Part shown: piece by piece, positions 16,177-24,994 of the stretch
Layout: every line of letters starts with the position of its first letter
Numbering within the stretch: position 1 is the stretch's first letter
Source: a virus
Lineage: Duplodnaviria; Caudoviricetes
IMG/VR virus record: IMGVR_UViG_3300027772_001143
Location: 1 to 31,335 of that record
Reading direction: 5' to 3' (one strand)
DNA: 31,335 nt
Translations under genes and position numbers: made by a program
Notes under the pieces: model-generated
Databases searched by the model: none
What the model saw: the letters and a program-made list of their open reading frames with translations, nothing else
Told to the model about the DNA's origin: nothing

Positions 16177-16677
16177 GTAAGTATATGATTCGTACCTAAA
16201 AGAAGCAGAAACAGTTACAATAGAATCTGCTGACAGTTTGGTATCTAAATTGATATCACCCATGGTAACTGGAAATAAATTCCGAAATTGAATTCTTAAT
16301 ATTGGGTTATTTAAAGAACTTAATATGGTTAGAGTGGCATCGGAAAAATGTTCACTTCTTTGTAGTTCTTGTTTGTAGGTTCTTTTTTCAAAACCATCCG
16401 GATCGGCAATTGATATAAACCAGTTATACAAGTTTTTCCAAGTCTGTAGTTCTTCATCAACAATAAATTCAATATCAAGTGGACTGTAATCTAATTTGGT
16501 ACCAGGTGAATACAAATCCAAGAATGGCGTAGTGCGAATAACTTCACCCAACTTTATGGATGGAATATTAACTGATTGACAAAAATACTGAACAGTTCCA
16601 ATTCTATTAAAAACCAATAGGTATTTTGTAGGTTGTAATAAGTTAGTATTTTGTGGACTTCTGGTCAACGCTGTCAT
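16165..16677 (-). CDS. gp3: Tail completion / tube terminator gp3
   Basis: YFCQSVNIP, PG.KLDY..L.IEFIVDE, SDATLTIL, FRNLFP; position after gp23. Confidence 0.9.
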   Translation of the reverse strand: MTALTRSPQNTNLLQPTKYLLVFNRIGTVQYFCQSVNIPSIKLGEVIRTTPFLDLYSPGTKLDYSPLDIEFIVDEELQTWKNLYNWFISIADPDGFEKRTYKQELQRSEHFSDATLTILSSLNNPILRIQFRNLFPVTMGDINLDTKLSADSIVTVSASFRYESYTYLPL

Positions 16678-16696
16678 TAAATTCTCCTTTATCTAC

Positions 16697-16704
16697 TATT
16701 TAGG
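16697..16704 (-). promoter_or_regulatory. Late promoter variant (CCTAAATA) for gp3
   Basis: TAAATA core about 20 nt upstream of the gp3 start, just after the gp23 terminator. Confidence 0.55.
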
Positions 16705-16708
16705 AGCC

Positions 16709-16738
16709 AAAAAAAAGGACCTCCTAAGAGGTCCTTTT
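16709..16738 (-). terminator. Rho-independent terminator after gp23
   Basis: AAAAGGACCUC-UUAG-GAGGUCCUUUUUUUU. Confidence 0.92.
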
Positions 16739-16765
16739 AAAGCACCACTCTATGGTGGCTTCGTA

Positions 16766-18100
16766 TTACATCAAGTTTTTAACTTGGAAGATACGGTAGT
16801 ATTGGTTAGAACGAGGTGTCAAACCACCGTTACCAACAGCTGAACCTTGTGCAAATGGGTTTGATACCATGCCGTAACGAGTTTTGAATCCAATTTTTGG
16901 TTGGAATGTATACTGGTCAACAGCACGAACCATTTGTAGAGGTACATAAGGGCAATAGAACAAACCGGCATCGTATGGTGATGTACCTTTGTATCCAATT
17001 GTCACCAATTCTTGGTTAGATGTGTAACCACCGAAATATGGGTCAATGTATACCTTGATACGGCCATGCAACATACCAGCAAATGTATTGCCTGTATCGT
17101 CAACTTGTAGGTCAGCAGATAGAGCAGGTGTGTAAGAAAGAACACCAGCCATTGCCATAGCGGAAGCAACATCAGATGATACGATCATCACATTGCCTTT
17201 ACCTCTACGAGTTGCTTTTGCAATCACATTAGCATCACGTTCGATTTGGAAAATCAAACCTTTGAAACGCTCAACAGACCAACGACCGTTAGAGTCAGTG
17301 TCTAAGTCAAATGCACCAGCAGTTGTAGTACCATATTGTGCGCCTGCAACAGCAGACAAATAGATAGTACGGATAACTTCACGGTTGATTTCAGAAAGAA
17401 TTTCTGTAGACAGAATGTTTGACAATTCTGTTTCTGCGTCCAAACCATGAACTGCTTTCAAGTCTTGTGCAAGTTCTAGTGAGTATTCAGCTTTCAATGC
17501 ACGGCTTTGAGCAGTTACAGTAACTTTCTCAATGCTGAATGCCATCTGGTTGAATGCATCTGTGACATCATCTTTACCAAGACCTTCAGCCTTGGTTGTT
17601 GTCATTGCAATACCAGTTGTGTACATGTTAGCAGTAAGGTCGGCAACTGGGTTGGTAACTAAGTCTGCGCCGCCTGTTGCTCTGAAACCATACAAGTTTG
17701 TTGTAGAGTTAGCACCAGTGAACTGTGTATTAGCTTCGTTGAAGAATGCTTCTGTACCAGTTTGTGAACCGTACTTAGCACGCATTGCGAAGATAAGACC
17801 AGTAGGTCCTGTCATTGGCTGAACACCAGCAACATCATAAGCAATCAAATTAGGAAGAGCACGGCGAACCAAGCTAATCAAAATTGGGTCATAGTTAGAA
17901 ATACTAGAACCGGTTGCGTTAGTAGGTGATGATGAATAAGCTGTTTCATTCAACGCTTGTGCATCTTGACGCATTGCTTGTTGTTGGTTTTCCAAAACAA
18001 GAGCTGTAACAGCACGCTTGTATGGGTCTTTAATGGCTTCTAATTCTGGATGATTCAGAACTGGATCCCATTTCTTTTGTAGTTCTTCTGTTAGATACAT
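16766..18100 (-). CDS. gp23: Major capsid protein gp23
   Basis: GVQPMTGPTGLIFAMR, SRALKAEYSLELAQDLKAVHG, FQPKIGFKTRYG. SD AGGAG. Confidence 0.98.
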   Translation of the reverse strand: MYLTEELQKKWDPVLNHPELEAIKDPYKRAVTALVLENQQQAMRQDAQALNETAYSSSPTNATGSSISNYDPILISLVRRALPNLIAYDVAGVQPMTGPTGLIFAMRAKYGSQTGTEAFFNEANTQFTGANSTTNLYGFRATGGADLVTNPVADLTANMYTTGIAMTTTKAEGLGKDDVTDAFNQMAFSIEKVTVTAQSRALKAEYSLELAQDLKAVHGLDAETELSNILSTEILSEINREVIRTIYLSAVAGAQYGTTTAGAFDLDTDSNGRWSVERFKGLIFQIERDANVIAKATRRGKGNVMIVSSDVASAMAMAGVLSYTPALSADLQVDDTGNTFAGMLHGRIKVYIDPYFGGYTSNQELVTIGYKGTSPYDAGLFYCPYVPLQMVRAVDQYTFQPKIGFKTRYGMVSNPFAQGSAVGNGGLTPRSNQYYRIFQVKNLM

Positions 18101-18138
18101 GAGTGTTCTCCTTGTAAGTATCTTTTATTGGTAAACTT

Positions 18139-18146
18139 TATTTATT
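18139..18146 (-). promoter_or_regulatory. Late promoter variant (AATAAATA) for gp23
   Basis: ATAAATA overlapping the gp22 stop, about 40 nt upstream of gp23. Confidence 0.65.
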
Positions 18147-19416
18147 TAACCAATGATTTAGAGATTGATTGTGCGTATTGAGCAATTGCAGGATCAGTAG
18201 AGACAGGTTTCTTATCTTCTTCTTCAACTGTAATTTCTTCATTTAGAGCAGAACTATCGGCAGATTTAACTGGTTGTTCAAAATAAGATTCTCTTAGTGT
18301 AACAACTTTGTCTGCAAATTCTTCTTCTGAAGTGAATTCAACACTCTCTGCGAGTTGTTTCATTTTCTCCACTTGGGTCTGCGTCAGGCCTTCACATACT
18401 GCATGTATAGCCTCTGTTTTAGTTTTTTCGTTTAATTCTTTTTTAAGTTGGATGGCAGCATTGATTTGCTCATTCAAAGAAGCTTCAAGTTCTTCCACAC
18501 GGGTTGTCAATTCTTCGACAACATTAACTTTTTCTTCTGGAATGTCAATGTAATGTTCAACAAACAAATCTTTTAGACCGGCAATAAAGTCTTCCACGAT
18601 TTCGGAGCGTAGACCTTTTTCAACTGCCAATGTGTTTTCTTTCATCCATTCTTCGGCCATGTAGTTCATGTAGTCATCAACTTTGGTAGCCAAATCTTCT
18701 TTAACTTCTTCAATTGCTTCTTCAAACTGAACAACCAATTCGTTTTGGATATCTTCCAAAATTGATTCAGTACGAGAGATAACGGCAGCTTCAAAAATTG
18801 TTGTTGCTTTAGAAACAAATTCTTCGGAAAGATTTTCGTCACTCAATAGAGCGTCCATATCTTCCTTCATTTTTTCTTTCATCTTTTCTTTTTTCATTGC
18901 TGCTTTAATCATTGCTTTGTCTTGCGCCGCATCTTCATGACCTTCTTCTTCAACAACTTCACCATCTTCTTCTGCTTCTTCGTTAGCATAAGATTGGAAT
19001 GTGGCACCTGGATTTGCAGGCATCATTTGTTTTGCCAATTTAGCTTTGATACGGTCACGAATAGAACCGTAATCAGTTGCTGGATCTTGTGCAGTTGCAG
19101 TTAAATCAGAACGACCTTTAGATTGTTGGTCAAATTCACCAGAAATTTTTGAACCTGGTTCTGAACCAACTGGTGGTGTTGCTCCTGGTGGTTTTGCTGA
19201 TGGCACGCCTTTTGTGTAATCAGGATTTGTATCATCCTTCATTTCAGGTGAGTCACCAATTTTGCCAACATCTTTTTGTCCTGAAACAACTGATGTAGAT
19301 AGTTTTTGTGGTTTGTCACCACCACCTCTTTTTGATGCAACATTGGAATCCAAAGTTTCTTTAGAACCTTCGGTTAGAATTGCTTTAGCGGCATCTGACA
19401 GATTAAATTTTGCCAT
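18142..19416 (-). CDS. gp22: Prohead core scaffold protein gp22
   Basis: LSEEF..KATTIFEAAV, KVDDYMNYMAEEW, F.EHYIDIPEEK; acidic coiled coil. Start moved to ATG 19416 (MAKFNL; SD AGGAG). Confidence 0.93.
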   Translation of the reverse strand: MAKFNLSDAAKAILTEGSKETLDSNVASKRGGGDKPQKLSTSVVSGQKDVGKIGDSPEMKDDTNPDYTKGVPSAKPPGATPPVGSEPGSKISGEFDQQSKGRSDLTATAQDPATDYGSIRDRIKAKLAKQMMPANPGATFQSYANEEAEEDGEVVEEEGHEDAAQDKAMIKAAMKKEKMKEKMKEDMDALLSDENLSEEFVSKATTIFEAAVISRTESILEDIQNELVVQFEEAIEEVKEDLATKVDDYMNYMAEEWMKENTLAVEKGLRSEIVEDFIAGLKDLFVEHYIDIPEEKVNVVEELTTRVEELEASLNEQINAAIQLKKELNEKTKTEAIHAVCEGLTQTQVEKMKQLAESVEFTSEEEFADKVVTLRESYFEQPVKSADSSALNEEITVEEEDKKPVSTDPAIAQYAQSISKSLVK

Positions 19417-19445
19417 TTTGAAAATCTCCTTGATTTTATATTGGA

Positions 19446-19453
19446 TATTTATA
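19446..19453 (-). promoter_or_regulatory. Late promoter TATAAATA for gp22
   Basis: Exact consensus about 30 nt upstream of the revised gp22 start. Confidence 0.85.
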
Positions 19454-19454
19454 A

Positions 19455-20099
19455 TTAAAGTTTTTTGACAAATGATTCCCAAATGCGTAGACTTACTTTT
19501 TCTATGTCTTTACGAGATGCTTGTTTAATTTCTTGCTTAGCTTCTTCGTACTGATATTCAGTCCATACGCCATTGACCATCATCCATTCTTTGCCTTCCA
19601 TAATGCCTTGTACAAAAGCACCAGGTGCGGAAGGGTCTGCTACAATATCTGCCGCTGTGGCCAGATGGAAATCTCCTTGAACAACATTAATGCCGTTTTC
19701 CATTTTTAAAGAACCCATACCTCTTGATGACACACCTAGTTGTGCGCCACCCTCAATAAGGTTTCTTGCAATGTTACCCATAGGGGTTTCAAGAATTTTT
19801 GCTTTGCCTATCCAAGCATTTCCCTCTTGGCGTAGTCCAACAATTAAGTGAGACACACGGTCAAGATTAATGGAAGGGGTGTCTGGATGTCCCAGTTCAC
19901 CAAAGGCACGATTTTTATTAATGTATTCTTCGCTGTAACGATTAACTTCATTACGCATGGTTTCTTCTCTATACATGCGTTTGTTTTTGTTAACAGCTTC
20001 AGCTACAAGAAAAGGACCCTCAATATAAAGGGTCTTTTTACCATCTTTTTCTTCTGTAATATATTGTACAGATTCGGTAAGTTCTCTAATGAGTTTCAT
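19455..20099 (-). CDS. gp21: Prohead protease gp21
   Basis: YIEGPF, GELGHP, GVSSRGMGSL, DIVADPSAP. Confidence 0.97.
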   Translation of the reverse strand: MKLIRELTESVQYITEEKDGKKTLYIEGPFLVAEAVNKNKRMYREETMRNEVNRYSEEYINKNRAFGELGHPDTPSINLDRVSHLIVGLRQEGNAWIGKAKILETPMGNIARNLIEGGAQLGVSSRGMGSLKMENGINVVQGDFHLATAADIVADPSAPGAFVQGIMEGKEWMMVNGVWTEYQYEEAKQEIKQASRKDIEKVSLRIWESFVKKL

Positions 20100-20107
20100 G
20101 TTAATCC

Positions 20108-20641
20108 TTATGGTCTCAAGTTATAAGGCGGATAATTGAATGCAGCAGGGTCACTTAGTTGACCACGTTGATAATGTGCATTGTCTTTTCTTAGTTCCAT
20201 GATAATTGTATAAGAATCATTTACTGCCATGCCACGGGTAAAAATACCAATGTCACCATTTGAATATGCTACACTTGCTGTTGGATTTGGAATAGTAATC
20301 CAGTTACCTGCACCATCATATTCACCATTGCCATTAAAAAAGAAAATTGTACTATTGCTGCCGCTGGGTGCTGTCCAAGATAATTCAACATCAGCAATTG
20401 ATGAACTTGCACAATCATACCAAACTCTGTAAACAGAAAGACCATAGTAAGGCAATGGGCCAGTATTTGCAGTTGAAGAAAGTAAATTGGCTTTGGAACT
20501 ATCCATTGCACCATACAAAGTATTTGCCTGTATACGGCGTGTGTTAGCTTCTTGAGTAGTACTATCAAACTTTCCTGTTAATTTAATAACAGTATGTTCT
20601 GTTGTGTCTTTAATGACTTGAGATGTAAATACATTTGCCAT
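20108..20641 (-). CDS. Hypothetical protein in the head gene cluster (gp68 position)
   Basis: 177-aa ORF with SD AGGA, tightly packed between the gp67-like gene and gp21. No family recognised. Confidence 0.75.
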   Translation of the reverse strand: MANVFTSQVIKDTTEHTVIKLTGKFDSTTQEANTRRIQANTLYGAMDSSKANLLSSTANTGPLPYYGLSVYRVWYDCASSSIADVELSWTAPSGSNSTIFFFNGNGEYDGAGNWITIPNPTASVAYSNGDIGIFTRGMAVNDSYTIIMELRKDNAHYQRGQLSDPAAFNYPPYNLRP

Positions 20642-20653
20642 TTGTTGTTCCTA

Positions 20654-20824
20654 TTATTCTTCGGTTTGTTCTTCTGGATTAACAATCAAATTCAAAGCAA
20701 CTTCTTGTTTTTTTGCTTCAATATGTGCCATGACTCTATCTTTAATAGCTGAATACATAACATCACGCATTGCTGTAGCGTTATCTTGTGCTGCATAATC
20801 TATAATTGCTCTTGCTTTGTCCAT
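20654..20824 (-). CDS. Small prohead core protein, gp67-like (56 aa, absent from the ORF track)
   Basis: MDKARAIIDYAAQDNATAMRDVMYSAIKDRVMAHIEAKKQEVALNLIVNPEEQTEE. SD AGGAG and a late promoter upstream; position after the portal gene. Confidence 0.8.
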   Translation of the reverse strand: MDKARAIIDYAAQDNATAMRDVMYSAIKDRVMAHIEAKKQEVALNLIVNPEEQTEE

Positions 20825-20845
20825 AATTTGTTCTCCTAATTAATC

Positions 20846-20853
20846 TATTTATA
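20846..20853 (-). promoter_or_regulatory. Late promoter TATAAATA for the gp67-like gene
   Basis: Exact consensus overlapping the gp20 stop. Confidence 0.85.
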
Positions 20854-22561
20854 ATATACGTTTCAATTTTGTGAATGTATCAAATTCTTCTCTTTTGGCT
20901 TTAGGTGCCGCCTTAGCTGCTTTCATATCCAATTGATGTTGATGTTCTGCATCCACTTGACTAATTTGTGATTGGTCTTGAGCTTGTTGAGACTGTGCAT
21001 CTGTTTGTATTGATGCAGCCATTTGTTGTGATGCAATATCATTTGTAACACCAACTGGTAATCCAAAACCATCTTCTTTTTCTTTGTCAATTTCAGATTG
21101 CATTTCTTTGATTTCATCATCAGTCAAACGCAATACATTCTGTTGAATCCATTTTTGTGAGAAATAACGACCTGTATATGGATCAACTGAGGCTAACAAA
21201 GACAAACGATTAGTCATCAATTCAGCTTCTTTGAGTTCAGAGAAGTTATTATCTTTAATGAAATCATAATGAATGTTTTCTTTAAACATATCCCATTCTT
21301 CGGCGGTACAGATACCTTTGAAGATACACTGTATACGCAAAGCTTGGTCAAATAATTCTGAAAATTTATTACGAACTCTGTCAACAAATTTGGCAAATTT
21401 CAATTCATCTCTAGTAATTTCTGATGAACGACCTAATGTGAAAGCTTGGCCGGACTCTAATCTGGATACTGGCACACTCAATGCACCATACAATTTTTTC
21501 TGGAAGTACTTAACATCTTCCAATTCACCAAGGTTTTGGCCACCTGGTAATGTAGTAATTTCTGTACCTTTACCGCCTTCTCGGCGTGGTAACCAGAAGT
21601 CTTCCATCATGGATAAAAACTTACGGTCATCACGAATCTCACCGGTGTTTGCATCGTAGACAAGTTTGTTTTTATACTTGACCATAATGTCACGAAGGTA
21701 TTGTTCTGCTTTTAACTTTGGTAGGTTACCAACGTCAATATAGAATATGCGGCGTTCTGGTGCTCTAGAGATACGATAGATAACTGTTGCATCTTCAATC
21801 ATACGCAATTGATTCAATGGCTTGATGGCCTTGTGTAAGTATGATAGAACCACTGCACGGCGTGAATCCATAAGACCTGAAACGATTGCTATAACGGAGT
21901 CAACAGTAATTCTTGTGCCTACTGGACCATAGTTGGTAGACGAACCTGACACTACCTTGTCGTTGTAGATGTAATATTCATTGACCGTTTTCATTAACTC
22001 AACGCCAGTGCGTTCATCTTTGGTCTTTTTCATCTCACGAACCTTACGGATTTTTCGTGGATCAATGTATCTTAATTCTTTAATACCGGCCGTAGGATCA
22101 TCTTTGTCGATAATTACATGGTAGTACAATCTACCATCAACATAGTATCTACGAAAAACATCTTGTGCCATTTTTTTGTAATTCAACATACGCAAAATGG
22201 TTTGGAATTCTTCTTTGATGGCTTTCTTAATTTTTTCTGGTTGCTTTAAATCATCCAAAACAATCTGAGTGGTATTACCATCATCGTCTTGCACAATAGC
22301 TTCATTAACAATATCATCAATTGCTGATTCAATTTCTGGTTGCATTGCCATTTCACGATAACGAGAAATAAGTTCTACCTCATTTTTTGCCGTACCGTCT
22401 AAGTCAACATATGTACCATAATATGCAGCTGATGTTATTGTTAATGCGCCATCATCGGCGGCTGGAGGCGTGAATGATTGCTGAGTGGATTTCTCCTGCT
22501 CAGTTTCATCACGGGATATCGTAAACCCAAACAACGAAAATTTATTTATATTTTGTGCCAT
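20849..22561 (-). CDS. gp20: Portal vertex protein gp20
   Basis: YVDGRLYYH, LSYLHKAIKPLNQLRMIEDA, RAPERRIFYIDVGNLP, EDFWLPRREGGKGTEI. Confidence 0.98.
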   Translation of the reverse strand: MAQNINKFSLFGFTISRDETEQEKSTQQSFTPPAADDGALTITSAAYYGTYVDLDGTAKNEVELISRYREMAMQPEIESAIDDIVNEAIVQDDDGNTTQIVLDDLKQPEKIKKAIKEEFQTILRMLNYKKMAQDVFRRYYVDGRLYYHVIIDKDDPTAGIKELRYIDPRKIRKVREMKKTKDERTGVELMKTVNEYYIYNDKVVSGSSTNYGPVGTRITVDSVIAIVSGLMDSRRAVVLSYLHKAIKPLNQLRMIEDATVIYRISRAPERRIFYIDVGNLPKLKAEQYLRDIMVKYKNKLVYDANTGEIRDDRKFLSMMEDFWLPRREGGKGTEITTLPGGQNLGELEDVKYFQKKLYGALSVPVSRLESGQAFTLGRSSEITRDELKFAKFVDRVRNKFSELFDQALRIQCIFKGICTAEEWDMFKENIHYDFIKDNNFSELKEAELMTNRLSLLASVDPYTGRYFSQKWIQQNVLRLTDDEIKEMQSEIDKEKEDGFGLPVGVTNDIASQQMAASIQTDAQSQQAQDQSQISQVDAEHQHQLDMKAAKAAPKAKREEFDTFTKLKRIL

Positions 22562-22597
22562 ATTTTTTTCTCAATAATAAAATCAAAGTAACATAAT

Positions 22598-22616
22598 GGA
22601 GGGCACTAGGCCCTCC
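22598..22616 (-). terminator. Hairpin after gp19 (weak terminator or processing/stability stem)
   Basis: GGAGGGC-CUAGU-GCCCUCC with only an imperfect U-tail. Confidence 0.55.
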
Positions 22617-22625
22617 GCATAAAAA

Positions 22626-23168
22626 TCAAGAAGTTGTATTTGCTTCCCAATACTGATAAGCAAAAGTAACTTGAAACTCTTCCATAGTATCATTTGAACC
22701 CCAATCCAATTCAATTGGTGCCAAATCTATTGGAAACAAACCAACAAAATTGTAAGTTTTTAAAGTTTCGCCTGTTTTGCCATATTGTGTAACAGTTGCA
22801 TCAGATGTATATGTTGATGGTCTGTTAGCTTGCAAAGCTCGCACATTGCTTGTGTTGCTATTAATTGCATTCATCCATGATTCTAAAGAATTTCTGATAA
22901 CGAAATCTTCATCATTGATAATGGTCAAAGACCAGTCTACGAATGTTCTGTTTCCAGCAAACTTCATTTCACGGCCAAAGTAATTAACCGGCACGGTACC
23001 AATTGAAGAACCTGGTAACTGTGCCGATTTGGCCATGAAAGTTGTTTTAGAACCAGCTAAATTGCCGTTTGATGCAATAGTTGGGTAAGTTAAAGTGACA
23101 GCAAATAGGTTAGGACGGGCACCGTCTCCTACCATATTTGCTCTAAATTCTGCTACATTAAATGCCAT
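22626..23168 (-). CDS. gp19: Tail tube protein gp19
   Basis: GARPNLF, AQLPGS, GR..KFAGNRTF.DW, F.VTFAYQYW. Confidence 0.96.
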   Translation of the reverse strand: MAFNVAEFRANMVGDGARPNLFAVTLTYPTIASNGNLAGSKTTFMAKSAQLPGSSIGTVPVNYFGREMKFAGNRTFVDWSLTIINDEDFVIRNSLESWMNAINSNTSNVRALQANRPSTYTSDATVTQYGKTGETLKTYNFVGLFPIDLAPIELDWGSNDTMEEFQVTFAYQYWEANTTS

Positions 23169-23188
23169 TGTTTTCTCCTATTTCGTTT

Positions 23189-23196
23189 TATTTATT
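23189..23196 (-). promoter_or_regulatory. Late promoter variant (AATAAATA) for gp19
   Basis: ATAAATA at the gp18 stop, about 20 nt upstream of gp19. Confidence 0.65.
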
Positions 23197-24925
23197 AGAA
23201 TGCACCAACGACTGTTGTGAAATCAACGCCTGTTGCAACAGCAACAAAGTTCAATTGGATGTAATTAATTGAACGAGCAGGTTTAATGTAAATGTCACCA
23301 ACAAAACGGTTACTATCAATAACTTGTGGAGTGTTGTTTGTGTCATCACATACCACTTTAAAGTCTGTGATACCACGGCGACCTTGTACATCACGCAAGA
23401 ATGGTGTTACCAAAGAAACAAATTGTGCTCTAGTAAACTCATCGTTCAATTCAAACAATGAAAACTTTGCAGCAGTAGAAATAGATTTTTCTAATGTAAT
23501 AAACAATCTACGAACATTGATACGATCAAATGCTGAAGGTTTGTTTTGCAATGTCTTATCACCGTATAGAACGATACCTTGTCCAGGGAATGATACAACT
23601 GGGTTTACACCAGCAGAATAGATTGTATCTCTATCTGATTTGCTTGGATTCCATGCCAATTTGATTGCATTTTTGATTGCACCACGGTTGAAACCAGCAG
23701 GTGAATACCATGGATCTCTTGCAGTATCTGTAGAAACACATAGACCAGCAATATCGCCGTTCAATGGAATATAACGATATACATTGTTATATTTGTCGTA
23801 TTGATATTTCCAACCAGAGTCAGCAAATACATAAGATGATTTTGTCAATGATGATACCCAAGCAGAAATTAGTGTAGTTTCTTGACCACTCTTATTAACA
23901 ACAGCTGAAGATGGAGGTGATACGAATACCACACAATCTCTACGAGAATCTGTTAGTGTGTCTGGATTTGCAATTGTACTAATAACATAATTTTGCACCG
24001 TTGTACTTGCATCACCAGTCAATACTAAAGAAATGTCAATTGAATCTTTGTTATTGAATTGGTCATATGCAGTTTGTATGTCACCAGTTGTTGGAGCAAC
24101 ATCACTACCTAATGTTAATGTTTGTGCGCTGTTGCCATTTGCAGCTGCAATTGTGTCAATTCGTGCAAATATTGTACCTGCAGCGGTTTGTCCCCATGTA
24201 GTTGAAGTATTTGCATAATCAACTGAGTCTGTTGCATAAACATATCTTGATTGGTCAAATATTACTTGTTTGTAATAATTTGTCGAACCGTTTAATGTTG
24301 CGTCATAGGCCTTTGAAACAAATCCAAATGTTTCAAGCACTGTGTTTGCAACGCCTGTAAATTTACCTTGGACATCAATAACAACAATATGTATTTCATC
24401 ATTAGCACCATTAACATTACTAACATAATCTGATGTGCCTGGTGCAGATTGGAAATAATTTTTGTATGTCCATTGATTAAACAATGAGGTATTTGCAGAA
24501 TCAAAAACATCCGTTCTAATGCTGTTACCCAAAGAACCTGGATATCTTGCCATGAAAGCGCCATAAAGATTTGCATTATTTGTATTTAACAAAGAAGCTT
24601 CAAATGCAGCAGCATTTGATATTTGTACATTTGCACCTAAAGTTGCATTGTTTGATGTTGCACCCACGGCTCTAACTATATTTAAGTTATTTCCATATGA
24701 TAGAAAGTTTGCAGCTGTAAAGAAAGATATTGCTGAATTTGAATCTGGTCCTGCTGGAGCCATATTTCTAATTAAATTGATTTCACTATCTATTGATACT
24801 GGTTGATTGGCTGGACCCCATGGGAATGTTCCAGCAAAAGCACCGGCTGTAGTTAGAACTGAAGGTACGACTGTAGTTAAGTCAACTTCAGAAACATTTA
24901 CGCCTGGAGAGATTTGAAACGCCAT
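23195..24925 (-). CDS. gp18: Tail sheath protein gp18
   Basis: SPGVNVSEVDLT, PWYSPAGFNRG, AFDRINVRRLF, IKPARSINYIQLNF. Confidence 0.97.
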   Translation of the reverse strand: MAFQISPGVNVSEVDLTTVVPSVLTTAGAFAGTFPWGPANQPVSIDSEINLIRNMAPAGPDSNSAISFFTAANFLSYGNNLNIVRAVGATSNNATLGANVQISNAAAFEASLLNTNNANLYGAFMARYPGSLGNSIRTDVFDSANTSLFNQWTYKNYFQSAPGTSDYVSNVNGANDEIHIVVIDVQGKFTGVANTVLETFGFVSKAYDATLNGSTNYYKQVIFDQSRYVYATDSVDYANTSTTWGQTAAGTIFARIDTIAAANGNSAQTLTLGSDVAPTTGDIQTAYDQFNNKDSIDISLVLTGDASTTVQNYVISTIANPDTLTDSRRDCVVFVSPPSSAVVNKSGQETTLISAWVSSLTKSSYVFADSGWKYQYDKYNNVYRYIPLNGDIAGLCVSTDTARDPWYSPAGFNRGAIKNAIKLAWNPSKSDRDTIYSAGVNPVVSFPGQGIVLYGDKTLQNKPSAFDRINVRRLFITLEKSISTAAKFSLFELNDEFTRAQFVSLVTPFLRDVQGRRGITDFKVVCDDTNNTPQVIDSNRFVGDIYIKPARSINYIQLNFVAVATGVDFTTVVGAF

Positions 24926-24975
24926 TTTATTCTCCTTGAATTATTATGTGTTCTATTGGTAAGATACCATAGTGA

Positions 24976-24983
24976 TATTTATG
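24976..24983 (-). promoter_or_regulatory. Late promoter variant (CATAAATA) for gp18
   Basis: ATAAATA in the gp17-gp18 intergenic region. Confidence 0.7.
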
Positions 24984-24994
24984 AAACATCGGTT

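Noticed and set aside
22543-22550. Perfect TATAAATA within the first codons of gp20
   Set aside because: It lies downstream of the gp20 start, with no nearby gene start to serve. Probably a chance match in AT-rich sequence.
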